From NCBI GenBank assembly GCA_039027955.1, contig JBCCJD010000003.1, positions 1,627 to 65,626 of the forward strand: DNA of 64,000 bases, written 5' to 3'. Positions 47,114-57,614 of this stretch are shown here, piece after piece. Under the pieces are notes generated by a model. That model had not been told where the DNA came from and ran no database searches. It was given only the letters and a program-made list of their open reading frames with translations. Origin of the DNA: Pseudomonadota bacterium. GTDB lineage: Bacteria > Pseudomonadota > Alphaproteobacteria > Sphingomonadales > Sphingomonadaceae. Made by a program: the position numbers and the translations under genes. Every line of letters starts with the position of its first letter. The first letter of the stretch is position 1.

Positions 47114-47764
47114 TCAGGCGGCGCGAACGGCCGTAAGGAGCCCGGCAAAGCCGCGCGGCAAAGGTTCACCCAGCGGTTGCAGATGAGCAGCGCAGGCTGC
47201 CAGTTCTTCTAGGCTTATCGCGTGCTGAAAGGCAAAGCCGAACCGGTTGCCGTCCTGCCAGCCGATCTCGCCAAGCTGCGGCGCCAGCCCTTCGGCTTCG
47301 AACCGCATCATGCGTGCTTGCAAATGCCTCTTAGCGCTTACGATAGTGACCGCATCGCGTGAGATCTCGCACAGTTCGACGGCACTCGTGACCCTGCCAT
47401 CGGTAAGCGATCCGGAAGCGTTAAGCTTAAGGCGAAGGGGTTGAGGGCCATACGGCGACTCGGCTGTAAACTCATCGATCGAGACAGTGCCGGCAAAGCG
47501 ATAGCCTGCCTGTCTCTTGCCGAGCCAGATGCGCTCAATCGGAAACGTCTCGCCGCTTGCAAGCTGAAGGATGATGCGCGGCTCTGAAGGCACGTCGTGC
47601 AGGAATGCAAGGCTGATCCCGAGCGCTGAGACCTGGCGCATGAGACAGATATATTCGCCGTTCTGGCACACCAGCTTAGCCGGGCGCAGACCGAGCGAGA
47701 CGCGCTCAGCCGGAGGCGTGCTGGCGCCGGGGTTCAACCGGGATGATGGTTGCGCGCTTGCCAT
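47114..47764 (-). CDS. Tandem PilZ-like protein with degenerate motifs
   Basis: Parallels the 7057 protein (AKLVCQNGEYICLMRQVS vs AKLVTKQGEFVCVIRDVS) but lacks RxxxR. Confidence 0.8.
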   Translation of the reverse strand: MASAQPSSRLNPGASTPPAERVSLGLRPAKLVCQNGEYICLMRQVSALGISLAFLHDVPSEPRIILQLASGETFPIERIWLGKRQAGYRFAGTVSIDEFTAESPYGPQPLRLKLNASGSLTDGRVTSAVELCEISRDAVTIVSAKRHLQARMMRFEAEGLAPQLGEIGWQDGNRFGFAFQHAISLEELAACAAHLQPLGEPLPRGFAGLLTAVRAA

Positions 47765-47859
47765 ATTCGCCTCCTCGATGAGTGATCGCCCACTCGATCC
47801 ACCAGCACCGTTAACGCGGCATGGTTAACTTACCAGAAACGCTGTTTTAACGATCGCCC

Positions 47860-48162
47860 TTAGGAAATGGGCACACTCAAGCTCCACATGCGTGCTTCCT
47901 TCCACATCGCGTTGCCTCTGATCTCGTCCGGGTTCTGCGGGATGAAATACTCGATTTCGGTCCCTTGCGCAGTGCGCGCAAGCACCCGTTCGCCTAGCTG
48001 CTGGCGACCGCGGCTTGAACTGCTGTTGCCAGTCTCGTCCAGCCCTTCGTTTTCCGCCTCGTATTTAAGTTCCAGAATGTAAGCGGGCTGAGCGGCGAGA
48101 TGCGCAGCCGACATGCTGAAAGCCGCCGCGAAAGCGATCTTCCAAAGCTTGGTAAGCCGCAC
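47860..48162 (-). CDS. Short exported hypothetical protein, possibly a 3'-truncated remnant
   Basis: GTG start 10 nt after the phaB stop, signal peptide (KIAFAAAFSMSAAHLAA-QP), only ~100 aa. Confidence 0.5.
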   Translation of the reverse strand: MRLTKLWKIAFAAAFSMSAAHLAAQPAYILELKYEAENEGLDETGNSSSSRGRQQLGERVLARTAQGTEIEYFIPQNPDEIRGNAMWKEARMWSLSVPIS

Positions 48163-48172
48163 CGCGAGGCCC

Positions 48173-48895
48173 TTAATACATATGCTGGCCGCCATTGATG
48201 CTCATGGTTGAGCCGGTGACAAACCCGGCTTCGTCTGAGCACAGGAAGCTCACTCCGCGCGCGATCTCGCTCGCTTGGCCCAAACGCCCGACCGGGATCT
48301 TGGCAACGATCTTTTCAAGCACGTTTTCAGGGACCGCAGCGACCATGTCGGTGTCGATATAACCCGGTGCGATTGCGTTAACCGTGACGCCAAAACGTGC
48401 GCCTTCTTGCGCCAAGGCTTTAGTGAAGCCGTGAATGCCTGATTTGGCGGCGGCGTAATTGACCTGACCGTATTGGCCTGCCTGCCCGTTGATCGAGCCG
48501 ATATTGACGATCCGCCCCCATTTACGCTCACGCATGCCGGGAAAGCACGCCTTGGCCATGTTGAAACATCCGCCAAGATTGATCCGCATCACCTCGTTCC
48601 AGTCCTCAAAGCTCATCTTGTGCAACGTGCCATCGCGGGTGATCCCGGCATTATTGACCACTACGTCGATCGGGCCGATCTCTTCAGCGACTTGCTCACA
48701 CCCAGCCAAGGCGGCTGCGTGATCACCGACATCCCATTTGTAACACTGGATGCCGGTAGCCTGCGTGCATTTTTGCGCCGCTTCGTCATTGCCTGCGTAA
48801 TTGGCGACGACTGTAAAGCCATCGGCCTTAAGCTGCTCGCACACGGCAAGGCCAATGCCGCGCGTGCCTCCGGTGACAATCGCTACTCGGCTCAT
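48173..48895 (-). CDS. phaB: Acetoacetyl-CoA reductase (SDR)
   Basis: VTGGTRGIG, NNAGITRD, GQYGQVNYAAAKSG, PGYIDTDMV, ends SINGGQHMY as in PhbB. Confidence 0.92.
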   Translation of the reverse strand: MSRVAIVTGGTRGIGLAVCEQLKADGFTVVANYAGNDEAAQKCTQATGIQCYKWDVGDHAAALAGCEQVAEEIGPIDVVVNNAGITRDGTLHKMSFEDWNEVMRINLGGCFNMAKACFPGMRERKWGRIVNIGSINGQAGQYGQVNYAAAKSGIHGFTKALAQEGARFGVTVNAIAPGYIDTDMVAAVPENVLEKIVAKIPVGRLGQASEIARGVSFLCSDEAGFVTGSTMSINGGQHMY

Positions 48896-48954
48896 ATCCG
48901 ACTCTCCCAATTTTTTTTGTGTTCGTTACGCCTAGCCTTGCCGTAGCGTCGCGC

Positions 48955-49035
48955 AACAAAAAACCCCGCCGAAGCGCAGGCCGTCAGACAAAAGTTGCAC
49001 AGATACCTGCGCGTTCGTGCTTGAAAGCGGGTTTT
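48955..49035 (-). terminator. Terminator-like hairpin with an internal ~50-nt insert
   Basis: Outer AAAACCCCGC/GCGGGTTTT, inner GCGCAGG/CCTGCGC; U-run on the minus strand. Confidence 0.5.
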
Positions 49036-49783
49036 AGAAGCGGATTTGCGTTCCGACGTAGACCGCTTGGCTGTCCTGAACCGAATTGGTCAGCGGATCG
49101 AGCCGTTCGCGCTCTTGCGAATAGCGCACGCCTGCCGTCACATCGAGGTTAGGCGAAAGCCGGAAACTGCCGCCCACGCCGACAGTCTGTGAACCGAGCG
49201 CGTCCAGCGTGTTGGGAGAACGGCCTGCGACCTGTTCATCCTCAAGCTCGATGCGCGGTTGCAGACGGCTCGGCTGTTTCTCAGCCCGCGGCCCCGCCGG
49301 TTCGAATTCGGACAGGTCAGGCACAGACAGGTTGCGCACATTATCGGGCAGCTCGACCGTGCGCGCAAAACTCTGATAGCCGCGCGCTGTGCCGAGATTG
49401 AAGCGAGTGGTCTGAAGCTTAGCAATCCCTTCGCCTGCACCCGGCACGGCATCGACTGCGCTGCGCACTGAGATCGCCTGCGCGGTTTCAGCATCGACCC
49501 GCACTGCTACGGTGACGGTACGATCCTGCCGCACTTCGTTTGAGCCCGCCGGCGTAAACCGGATCGCCGAATCGCTCGTCCGTTTAGCGATGCGGGCTGC
49601 AAGTTCAGGATCAAGTGAAGCGGGGGTGAAAATATCGAACGCGTTTGCAGTAATGCTTTCACGCGAATCGGCGTCAACCAGCGCGAGACCAGCCGAAGGG
49701 GCGCCAAGAGCAAGCGTCAGCGCAGCCGCCAGCAGCGGCAGCTTACGCTGCAATCTTGCTGATCTGGTTGTCTTGCCTAGCAT
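49034..49783 (-). CDS. Exported hypothetical protein with outer-membrane beta-strand C-terminus
   Basis: Signal peptide; alternating strands (VGVGGSFRL, LDVTAGVRYS, VYVGTQIRF) and terminal Phe. Confidence 0.75.
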   Translation of the reverse strand: MLGKTTRSARLQRKLPLLAAALTLALGAPSAGLALVDADSRESITANAFDIFTPASLDPELAARIAKRTSDSAIRFTPAGSNEVRQDRTVTVAVRVDAETAQAISVRSAVDAVPGAGEGIAKLQTTRFNLGTARGYQSFARTVELPDNVRNLSVPDLSEFEPAGPRAEKQPSRLQPRIELEDEQVAGRSPNTLDALGSQTVGVGGSFRLSPNLDVTAGVRYSQERERLDPLTNSVQDSQAVYVGTQIRF

Positions 49784-50136
49784 TGCTGCCCTGTTTCTCT
49801 TTCTCTTTGCGCGCTGTCGCGCCGCCCCACAGGCTTAATCAACCTTAAGCTGAACCAGCCCTGACATTGATTACTGCGGATACGTGATAGGCTGATGAAG
49901 GTCGACATAGCAATTGTTTCGCAAGACGAAGTGAGTTTTCGCGTGTGACCTGTTGCGTTCGGCGCACACATAAAGCCCTAGCGTCAAACGCGCTTGCAAG
50001 CGCTTCGCCATTCAGCCCCGCGCAAGCTGTCAGATGGTGAAGGGCAAGCCGCAGCATGCTGCCAATTTCACCGCTCTCCCCAGCGCGAAGACCTCGACGC
50101 TTGCCGCAGGCGGCGCGCAAGTTATAGAGCTAACGC

Positions 50137-50628
50137 ATGCAGAATGAGGAACTCGCTTACGTGACCCGGGCAAATTTGATGATTTCAGGCTTTAACCATT
50201 CCCGCTTGGCTCGGCTCGCTTTCGCGAGCGCAGCGCTGGCCGGTCTGGCTGCTTGCGGCGGCGGCGAACGTCCGACCACTGAGCTGCAAGCCGCGCAGAT
50301 CAACACGATCGGAGTGAACGCGTATTTGTGGCGCGCGGCGCTCGACACGGTCAGCTTTGCGCCGCTGCTCTCAGCCGATAGCGCAGGCGGTGTGATCGTA
50401 ACCGATTGGTATGCCAATCCGAGCAACCCCGAAGAGCGCGTGAAAGTTACTGTGACTATCCTTGATCAGGATTTGCGCGCTGATGCCTTGAGAGTCGCTG
50501 CGACTCGGCAAGTGGCTCAAGGTGCCGGCTGGGTCGATGCGCCGGTGCAGGCGGCAACGGTGCAGAAGCTTGAAGACATCATCCTTACCAAAGCCCGCGA
50601 CTTGCGCCGCAAAGCCATCGCTGGCTGA
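50137..50628 (+). CDS. DUF3576-type lipoprotein
   Basis: LAACGG lipobox, GVNAYLWRAALDT, GGVIVTDWY; located upstream of leuS. Confidence 0.8.
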   Translation: MQNEELAYVTRANLMISGFNHSRLARLAFASAALAGLAACGGGERPTTELQAAQINTIGVNAYLWRAALDTVSFAPLLSADSAGGVIVTDWYANPSNPEERVKVTVTILDQDLRADALRVAATRQVAQGAGWVDAPVQAATVQKLEDIILTKARDLRRKAIAG

Positions 50629-50658
50629 CGCTGCTCATACTGAGGTCTTTGGCGCGCC

Positions 50659-53181
50659 ATGAGCGACACTCGGTTCGATCCGGCTAGCGCTGACGAGCGC
50701 TGGCAACGCGCGTGGGATGAAGCTGGCAGCTTCACCGCCGACAGCGCGAGTGACAAACCCAAAAGCTACATCCTCGAGATGTTCCCGTATCCTTCGGGCC
50801 GCATCCATATGGGGCATGTTCGCAATTACACGATGGGCGATGTGCTGGCGCGCTATCAGAAACTGCGCGGGTTCGAAGTGCTCCACCCGATGGGCTGGGA
50901 CGCGTTCGGGATGCCGGCTGAAAATGCCGCGATGGAACAGAAGGTTCATCCCGGGACATGGACCAGAGCCAATATCGCAGCGATGAAAGCGCAATTGCAG
51001 CGGATCGGATTTGCGCTTGATTGGACCCGTGAATTCGCCACTTGCGATCCGGAATATTACGGCCACGAACAGGCGCTGTTCCTCGATCTTTACGAAGCGG
51101 GTCTGGTCTATCGCCGCTCGTCCGAAGTGAATTGGGACCCGGTTGATATGACCGTGCTCGCCAATGAGCAGGTGATCGACGGCAAAGGCTGGCGTTCCGG
51201 TGCTGAAGTCGAGAAGCGCAAGCTCGATCAGTGGTTCTTGAAGATCACCGATTTTGCCGAGGATCTGCTCGAAGGGCTGAGTGAGCTTAAGGATTGGCCT
51301 GACAAGGTCCGGCTGATGCAGGAAAACTGGATCGGGAAAAGCTCAGGTCTCCAATTCAGCTTTGAGCTTTCAAACGGCGAGAGACTGCCGGTTTACACCA
51401 CGCGGCCCGATACGATCTTTGGCGCAAGCTTCTGCGCAGTCGCAGCTGATCATCCGATTGCGCAAGATCTTGCAAGCGATCCTCAGGTCGCGGCGTTTGT
51501 CGAAGAGTGCAAGCGCGGCGGGACCACTGCGGCAGAGCTGGAAACGGCAGAAAAGCTGGGCTTTCGCACAGGCATCACAGCAAGACACCCCTTTACCGGA
51601 GCGGATCTTCCGCTCTTCATCGCAAACTTTGTGCTGATGGATTACGGCACCGGCGCTGTGATGGGCGTGCCCGGGCATGATCAGCGCGACTTTGAGTTTG
51701 CGACCAAATACGAGCTGCCGATCGCGCGCGTGGTCGCGTCCGATCCTTCCAAAGCCGGTGAGCCCTTCGCCGGTGCAGCGGAACCGGGTGACGGTGTGAT
51801 CGTCAATTCGGACTTTCTCGATGCGATGAGCGTCGAAGACGCCAAAGCCGAAGTCATCCGCCGCGCTGAGCAAGGCGGCTGGGGTGACGGCAGTACCGTG
51901 TGGCGGCTTCGCGATTGGGGCGTTTCGCGCCAGCGCTATTGGGGCACACCTATCCCGATCATTCACTCACCCGATCACGGCCCCGTCCCTGTGCCGCGCG
52001 ACCAGCTTCCGGTCGAGCTCCCTGAAGATATCGATTTCGACACCCCCGGCAATCCGCTCGAACGCCACCCCACCTGGAAGCACACCACCTGCCCGATCAG
52101 CGGCAAACCAGCGCTGCGCGAGACCGACACGCTCGACACCTTCGTCAATTCCAGCTGGTATTTCCTGCGCTTCGCCTCGCAGCCAGCCGATGCTCCGTTC
52201 GATCCCGAAGAGATCGCCAAATGGCTGCCGGTCCAGCACTATATTGGCGGGGTCGAACACGCGATCCTGCACTTGCTTTACGCCCGGTTCTGGACGCGGG
52301 CGCTCGCGCATATTGGCAAGTTCGATGTGAAGGAGCCATTCGCTGCGCTGTTCACACAAGGCATGGTCACGCACGAGACATATGCGCTGGGTGATGGCTC
52401 CTGGCTTAGCCCGGCTGAAGTCAAGAAGGATGGCGCTGACTGGGTGACGATTGAAGGCGGCGCGCCGGTGACCGCTGGCCGCATCACAAAGATGTCCAAG
52501 TCCAAAAAGAACGTTGTCGATCCTGATCACATTATCGATGAGTACGGCGCGGATGCGGTGCGCTGGTTCATGCTGTCCGACAGCCCGCCGGAGCGCGATC
52601 TGCCATGGTCGCAGGACGGGATCGAAGGCTGCTGGCGCTTTGTTCAGCGCCTTTGGAGGTTGTTCGGCCAAGTCGGCGAAGGCGGCGCTGGAGCCGATGC
52701 TTTCGAGGACAAAGCGCTTGACCGCAAAGTCCATCAGACCGTCGCAGCTGTGGCAGAAGACATCGAAGCGCTCTCTTTCAACAAGGCGGTGGCGCGCATT
52801 TACGAACTGACCGGCGCGATTGAGAAAGCAGAGCTTTCCGCCAGCCGTTCAGAGGCGATCCGCAAGCTCATTGTCATTGTTGCGCCGATGATGCCGCACC
52901 TTGCCGAAGAAGCGTGGCATCTCGACTTTCCCGATCAGCCGCTGGTCGCTGATGAACCGTGGCCGGAAGTGGACGAGGCTCTGCTGGTCGACGACGAAGT
53001 CACCATCGCCGTTCAGCACAAAGGCAAGCTGCGCGACACGCTGACTGCGCCTAAGGGAGCGTCGAAAGAAGATCTCGAAGCGCTCGCGCTCGGCTCCGAC
53101 AAAGTCCAGCGCTCGCTTGACGGGGCGGAAATTCGCAAAGTGATTGTGGTGCCTGATCGGCTGGTTAATATCGTCACATGA
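50659..53181 (+). CDS. leuS: Leucine--tRNA ligase
   Basis: [13 protein letters not shown] (HIGH), [24 protein letters not shown] (KMSKS). Confidence 0.98.
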   Translation: MSDTRFDPASADERWQRAWDEAGSFTADSASDKPKSYILEMFPYPSGRIHMGHVRNYTMGDVLARYQKLRGFEVLHPMGWDAFGMPAENAAMEQKVHPGTWTRANIAAMKAQLQRIGFALDWTREFATCDPEYYGHEQALFLDLYEAGLVYRRSSEVNWDPVDMTVLANEQVIDGKGWRSGAEVEKRKLDQWFLKITDFAEDLLEGLSELKDWPDKVRLMQENWIGKSSGLQFSFELSNGERLPVYTTRPDTIFGASFCAVAADHPIAQDLASDPQVAAFVEECKRGGTTAAELETAEKLGFRTGITARHPFTGADLPLFIANFVLMDYGTGAVMGVPGHDQRDFEFATKYELPIARVVASDPSKAGEPFAGAAEPGDGVIVNSDFLDAMSVEDAKAEVIRRAEQGGWGDGSTVWRLRDWGVSRQRYWGTPIPIIHSPDHGPVPVPRDQLPVELPEDIDFDTPGNPLERHPTWKHTTCPISGKPALRETDTLDTFVNSSWYFLRFASQPADAPFDPEEIAKWLPVQHYIGGVEHAILHLLYARFWTRALAHIGKFDVKEPFAALFTQGMVTHETYALGDGSWLSPAEVKKDGADWVTIEGGAPVTAGRITKMSKSKKNVVDPDHIIDEYGADAVRWFMLSDSPPERDLPWSQDGIEGCWRFVQRLWRLFGQVGEGGAGADAFEDKALDRKVHQTVAAVAEDIEALSFNKAVARIYELTGAIEKAELSASRSEAIRKLIVIVAPMMPHLAEEAWHLDFPDQPLVADEPWPEVDEALLVDDEVTIAVQHKGKLRDTLTAPKGASKEDLEALALGSDKVQRSLDGAEIRKVIVVPDRLVNIVT

Positions 53182-53702
53182 TCAGACACACGCCTTGTCT
53201 TGCTGCCATCGTGCTGGCAAGCGCACCGCTAATGGCGGGTTGCGGGCTCCAACCGCTCTATTCGAATGGCGCCGGAGCGACAGTGCCGCAAAGTCTCGCC
53301 GCAGTCGAAATCCCTGATATTCCCGGGCGTGGCGGGTGGCTGATGCGCAACGCTTTGGAAGAGCGCTTAGGTGTCGCAGGCGATGCGGCTCCCGCCTACC
53401 GGCTCGATGTCCGGCTCGATGATGCGCTGGAAGCGTTAGGCGTGCTGAACGATGATACGATCAGCCGCGAGCGGCGTATCTTGCGCGCGCGCTATCAATT
53501 GACTGATCTGGCGACCGGGGAAATTCTGCTCGATGCGACCGCTGGTTCGGATGCCGGGATCGACGTTGTCTCCAGCGAATATGCAACGATCGCCGCCGAA
53601 CAGAGAGCGCTGGAAAATCTCGCGCGCGAAGTGGCTGACCAGATGACGACGCGGATTGCGCTCACTTTGCGTAGTTACAACGGCAAACAGGCGGCGCCGT
53701 GA
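53178..53702 (+). CDS. lptE: LPS-assembly lipoprotein LptE
   Basis: [11 protein letters not shown] lipobox; canonical leuS-lptE-holA order. Confidence 0.88.
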   Translation: MIRHTPCLAAIVLASAPLMAGCGLQPLYSNGAGATVPQSLAAVEIPDIPGRGGWLMRNALEERLGVAGDAAPAYRLDVRLDDALEALGVLNDDTISRERRILRARYQLTDLATGEILLDATAGSDAGIDVVSSEYATIAAEQRALENLAREVADQMTTRIALTLRSYNGKQAAP

Positions 53703-53724
53703 CCGGGTTTGCTGCCTTTCGGGC

Positions 53725-54765
53725 ATGAAAGCGACGCAGAAAGACTTCGCTCGCGGGGTGCCGCGCAGCGCCAGCGAAGCAAGCGTGTTCTTTTTCTGCG
53801 GACCTGATGAAGCAGGCGCTTCGGCTGCTGCTCAAGCTGTGATTGCAGCTCTGCCTGAGGCGGGCGAGCGGGTGGAGTTGGCGGGCGGGGATGTGCGACG
53901 CGATCCCGCTTTGCTAGGCGATGAAGCGCGGTCAGCGTCGCTGTTTGGCGACAAACGCCACATTCTCGTGCGGGCAAGCGGCGATGAAGCGCATGATGCG
54001 CTCAAGACGCTGATCGAGACCGGCGAAGCAGGAGCCGGCAAGGCCGCTCCCGTCGTGGTCATTGCGACCGCTGCGACCGACAAATCGCGCACTGCCAAAC
54101 TGCTTGAAAAGCGCAGTGATAGTCTGGTTGCGATGTTCTATCCGCCTGATCTTGCGTCAGTCGCGTCAGCGGTGCGCGCGATGGCGGATAGCGCAGGCCT
54201 CAGACTAGGCGGTGATCTGGCTGAGCGCATCGCGCGCGGTGCGGGGCTCGATGTGCGGCTGGCAGCCTCTGAAGTCGCTAAACTGGCGCTTTATTGCGAC
54301 GCTGACCCGCAAGCGCCGAAGCCTGCACGGATCGAGGACTACGCCGAGATCGGCGCTGCTACCGAAGAGGATGGGTTTCAGCCTGTCGTCAATGCCGTGA
54401 TGGGCGGCGATTTGCCGCGCTTAAGCCGGGAAATCCGGCGAGTGCGCGAATTAAAGCTTAACGCTGTGGGGCTGGTCCTCGCGCTTGAGCGCCGCGCTGC
54501 GCAGCTGACACAGGTAAGAGCGCGGCTTGGCCCACGTGGTTCGCTCGATTCGCTGAACAAAGGCGAAAAAGCCCAGCTTGGTATTTTCTGGCGCGAAGAG
54601 CGCGATATCCGCCAGCAACTGAGCCGCTGGCAGCAAAGCAAACTCGAGCGTTTGATCCCGCGGCTGATCGCGCTGCACCGCGCGCTTCTGGCGAACAGCC
54701 AAGCGGCTGACCTGCTGCTTGCGCAAGATCTCACCGAGATTGCCCGTTTCGCGGCACGGCGATAG
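53725..54765 (+). CDS. holA: DNA polymerase III subunit delta
   Basis: FFFCGPDE, SLFGDKR, EVAKLALY; position after lptE. Start at ATG 53725. Confidence 0.88.
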   Translation: MKATQKDFARGVPRSASEASVFFFCGPDEAGASAAAQAVIAALPEAGERVELAGGDVRRDPALLGDEARSASLFGDKRHILVRASGDEAHDALKTLIETGEAGAGKAAPVVVIATAATDKSRTAKLLEKRSDSLVAMFYPPDLASVASAVRAMADSAGLRLGGDLAERIARGAGLDVRLAASEVAKLALYCDADPQAPKPARIEDYAEIGAATEEDGFQPVVNAVMGGDLPRLSREIRRVRELKLNAVGLVLALERRAAQLTQVRARLGPRGSLDSLNKGEKAQLGIFWREERDIRQQLSRWQQSKLERLIPRLIALHRALLANSQAADLLLAQDLTEIARFAARR

Positions 54766-54871
54766 CATTTTGGGGTAAAACCCTTTCGCAGTCGCACAAT
54801 CTCTGCTTTTCTTGGTAAAGAGCCTTTTAAGGGCTTTGCCTAGGGTCGCACCGCATTGCAAAAGGCAGCGA

Positions 54872-56275
54872 ATGAATAAATTGTCCGGATCCCTGCTGCC
54901 GGTGGTCGCGCCTGATCGGATCGAGCGCAAGATTGCGCCATCTCTCGAGCGACGTCGGTTAAGGGCTTATATCGGGATGCTGGTAGTCGATGCAGTGCTG
55001 ATCCATCTCAGCTTTGCCTTGGCTGCATTCGCGTATGAAGGGCAATGGTGGGAAGCGCGCACCATGCTCGCGGCGCAAACCTTGCTGCCGGTGTTCTTCA
55101 CGATTGCGCTCTACAATGCGACTTACAGTTCATCGGCTCTGACTGACTGGCTGTTCGGTATCCGCAAAGCCTTAGGCGCTCTCCTGATTTCGGCCGCATT
55201 GCTCAATTTCCTTGCGTTTTACACCAAATCCAACGCCCAGTTTTCGCGCGTCTCAGTGACGGTGGGGCTCGTGCTGACGGCGCTCGCTTTGGTGTGTTTC
55301 CGCCGCGTCATCCCGCTTTTGGTCGAGCGCTTCTGGCAAGGCCGCACCCGCAATCTGCTGGTGATCAAGGATGGCGGACCTGAGTTCGCGCTATCGGGCG
55401 CAGAGACGATTTCGGCCGCACCCTATGGGCTCGATTCGGCGAGCCACGATCCGTTTATGCTTGATCGGCTCGGCAAGCTGCTGCGCAACCAGGATCAAGT
55501 CGTGGTGAGCTGTCCGCGCGAACGCCGCAAGGCATGGTCGTTCCTGCTCAAATCGTCGGGCGTCTATGGCGAGATCGTAAGCGAGCCAGCGCATGAACTG
55601 GGCGCGGTGGGGCTGCACCATTACGAAGCGCTTGACCGCACGACTCTGGTGGTATCGACCGGACCGCTGGGCTTGCGGGCGCGGATCGCTAAGCGGGTTT
55701 TCGACATCACTGTCGCTCTTGCGGGCCTTGTCGTGCTGTCGCCGCTGCTGGTTGTCGTCGCGCTTTTGATCAAGCTCGAAGATGGCGGACCTGTCCTGTT
55801 TGTGCAGCGCCGATTGGGGCGCGGCAATCAGTTCTTCGACATGTTGAAATTCCGCTCAATGCGCCCGGAAAAGCTTGATGCTGACGGCACCCGCTCAACC
55901 GCGCGCGATGATGATCGGATCACGAAGATTGGCGCGTTTATCCGGCGAACAAGCGTCGATGAGCTACCGCAATTGATCAATGTGCTGCAAGGCGACATGT
56001 CGATTGTCGGCCCACGTCCGCACGCTTTGGGAAGCCGGGCAAACAACAAGTATTTCTGGGAAGTAGATGGACAATATTGGCAGCGCCATTGCTTAAAGCC
56101 AGGTCTCACAGGGCTCGCGCAGGTGCGCGGTCACCGCGGTGCAACCGAGCAGGAAAAAGACCTGACTGACCGGTTGCAGTCAGACCTTGAATACATTTCT
56201 GGCTGGTCGCTGCGGCGCGATTTCCAGATCGTGTTCAAGACGATCGCGGTGTTGCGCCACGACAACGCGTTTTAA
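54872..56275 (+). CDS. Polyprenyl-phosphate sugar phosphotransferase (WcaJ/GumD-like priming enzyme)
   Basis: Four N-terminal TMs, KRVFDI, KFRSM, DELPQLINVLQGDMSIVGPRP, KPGLTGLAQV. Confidence 0.93.
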   Translation: MNKLSGSLLPVVAPDRIERKIAPSLERRRLRAYIGMLVVDAVLIHLSFALAAFAYEGQWWEARTMLAAQTLLPVFFTIALYNATYSSSALTDWLFGIRKALGALLISAALLNFLAFYTKSNAQFSRVSVTVGLVLTALALVCFRRVIPLLVERFWQGRTRNLLVIKDGGPEFALSGAETISAAPYGLDSASHDPFMLDRLGKLLRNQDQVVVSCPRERRKAWSFLLKSSGVYGEIVSEPAHELGAVGLHHYEALDRTTLVVSTGPLGLRARIAKRVFDITVALAGLVVLSPLLVVVALLIKLEDGGPVLFVQRRLGRGNQFFDMLKFRSMRPEKLDADGTRSTARDDDRITKIGAFIRRTSVDELPQLINVLQGDMSIVGPRPHALGSRANNKYFWEVDGQYWQRHCLKPGLTGLAQVRGHRGATEQEKDLTDRLQSDLEYISGWSLRRDFQIVFKTIAVLRHDNAF

Positions 56276-56331
56276 AGGCTGCGCGCCGCGCGTCACTGGG
56301 CCTTTAGTACTGTAAAGCCGCAGCGTGGGGC

Positions 56332-56940
56332 TTAGTCGCTTGCCTCATCGCTTTGCGGCACGGCGAAGGTGCCGGTTACGCGCCCGTCCGAAGAGCCTGA
56401 CCCGGCTGCTGCGCTTCCCCCACTGGCACGCCCGTCGACGCTTGAAATGCCGCTATCAAGATCGATCACCAGGCGCCCGCCATTCATCGTGTCATTGCCG
56501 CGCTCAAGCCGGACATTGCCAGCCATGGTGATGATCCGCTGGCGCAGGTCATAGATCGCGACATCGCCGCGCGCGCGTTCGTTCCCGCGGGCCAGCGAAA
56601 CCCCGCCGCTCGCAGTGATACGCTGGATATCGAGCGACCCGTCATCGGTGTAATTGACCAGCATACGCTGCGAGCGCACTGTCAGACCCGCTTGCGTAAT
56701 CATCACTCCGCCGCTCAGGAGCACCCGGTTCTGGCGATCCTGGATTTCGAAAGTGCCGGCATCATAGGTCACAGGCGCCCGTGTATTATGGCGCGCGATC
56801 CCTTGCGCATTAAGCGCCAACCCGCCTGCTAAAGCTGCAGCTACGGCAAATCCGCCGACAGCCCAGCCAAGCGCAACCCGCCGCAAAGGCTTGCGCGAGG
56901 AGCCTGCTGCGTTTGCGGAGTGGGCATCAGAGCGGCTCAT
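56332..56940 (-). CDS. lptA: LptA/OstA-family transport protein
   Basis: HNTRAPVTYDA, ITASGGV, ARGDVAIYD, GGRLVIDL, GRVTGTF; follows lptC. Confidence 0.85.
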   Translation of the reverse strand: MSRSDAHSANAAGSSRKPLRRVALGWAVGGFAVAAALAGGLALNAQGIARHNTRAPVTYDAGTFEIQDRQNRVLLSGGVMITQAGLTVRSQRMLVNYTDDGSLDIQRITASGGVSLARGNERARGDVAIYDLRQRIITMAGNVRLERGNDTMNGGRLVIDLDSGISSVDGRASGGSAAAGSGSSDGRVTGTFAVPQSDEASD

Positions 56941-57605
56941 CGCGGGTCCTGCACTTTGCCAGGCACCATAGTTAGCCTCGCATTGCCTTCGAGCGTCAGA
57001 GTGCGCGCGCTCAGATCGGCCCGCATCGAATTGCCTGAAAATGCGCCTGCTGGCACTTCGCCTTCGACCCCGCCTGTACCGGCCATGGTGCGCTCATCGA
57101 GATTAAGCGAGACCCCGCGCGCAGTCATGGTGTAGCCATCGGCGGCATTAAGCTGCACGGGCCCATCGATTTCAACGATTTCCTGGTCGATATCGTAGAT
57201 TCCGCCTTCTGCGCTCAGCCGGGCCGGGCCATCGGGCAAAAGCAATTGCGCGATCATGTCCTGCATGCGCACTTTGCCTTCGGCGCTGGAGCGCTGAACC
57301 GCTTCGCCAGCGGTGATCGAAAACGGGCGTCCGGTATCATCGCGCCCGCGATACATTGCGTTATCGACCGTCAAGCGCTCATCAATCACCGCGACAGTGT
57401 TGCGATCGAGGAGAAAGCTCACTTCACCGCGCGGCGACAGCGGAGTGATCACCATCAAGCCCGCGACAATCCCGACCCCGGCAGGCAGCACCCGCGCGAG
57501 AACCCCGATCAGCCGATCATGCGAGCCACCCGGCGCAGCAAACACCTGCCTGCGGCTGCGCAGCTGCTTGGCTTTAGCGGTTTCGATGCGTCGTTTGATC
57601 ACCAT
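56937..57605 (-). CDS. lptC: LPS export periplasmic protein LptC
   Basis: N-terminal TM then beta-jellyroll-like YRGRDDTGRPFSITA; operonic with lptA. Confidence 0.85.
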   Translation of the reverse strand: MVIKRRIETAKAKQLRSRRQVFAAPGGSHDRLIGVLARVLPAGVGIVAGLMVITPLSPRGEVSFLLDRNTVAVIDERLTVDNAMYRGRDDTGRPFSITAGEAVQRSSAEGKVRMQDMIAQLLLPDGPARLSAEGGIYDIDQEIVEIDGPVQLNAADGYTMTARGVSLNLDERTMAGTGGVEGEVPAGAFSGNSMRADLSARTLTLEGNARLTMVPGKVQDPR

Positions 57606-57614
57606 GGCGAAATT

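Noticed and set aside
49835-49848. CtrA box TTAA-TCAACC-TTAA
   Set aside because: The spacer is 6 nt rather than the required 7.
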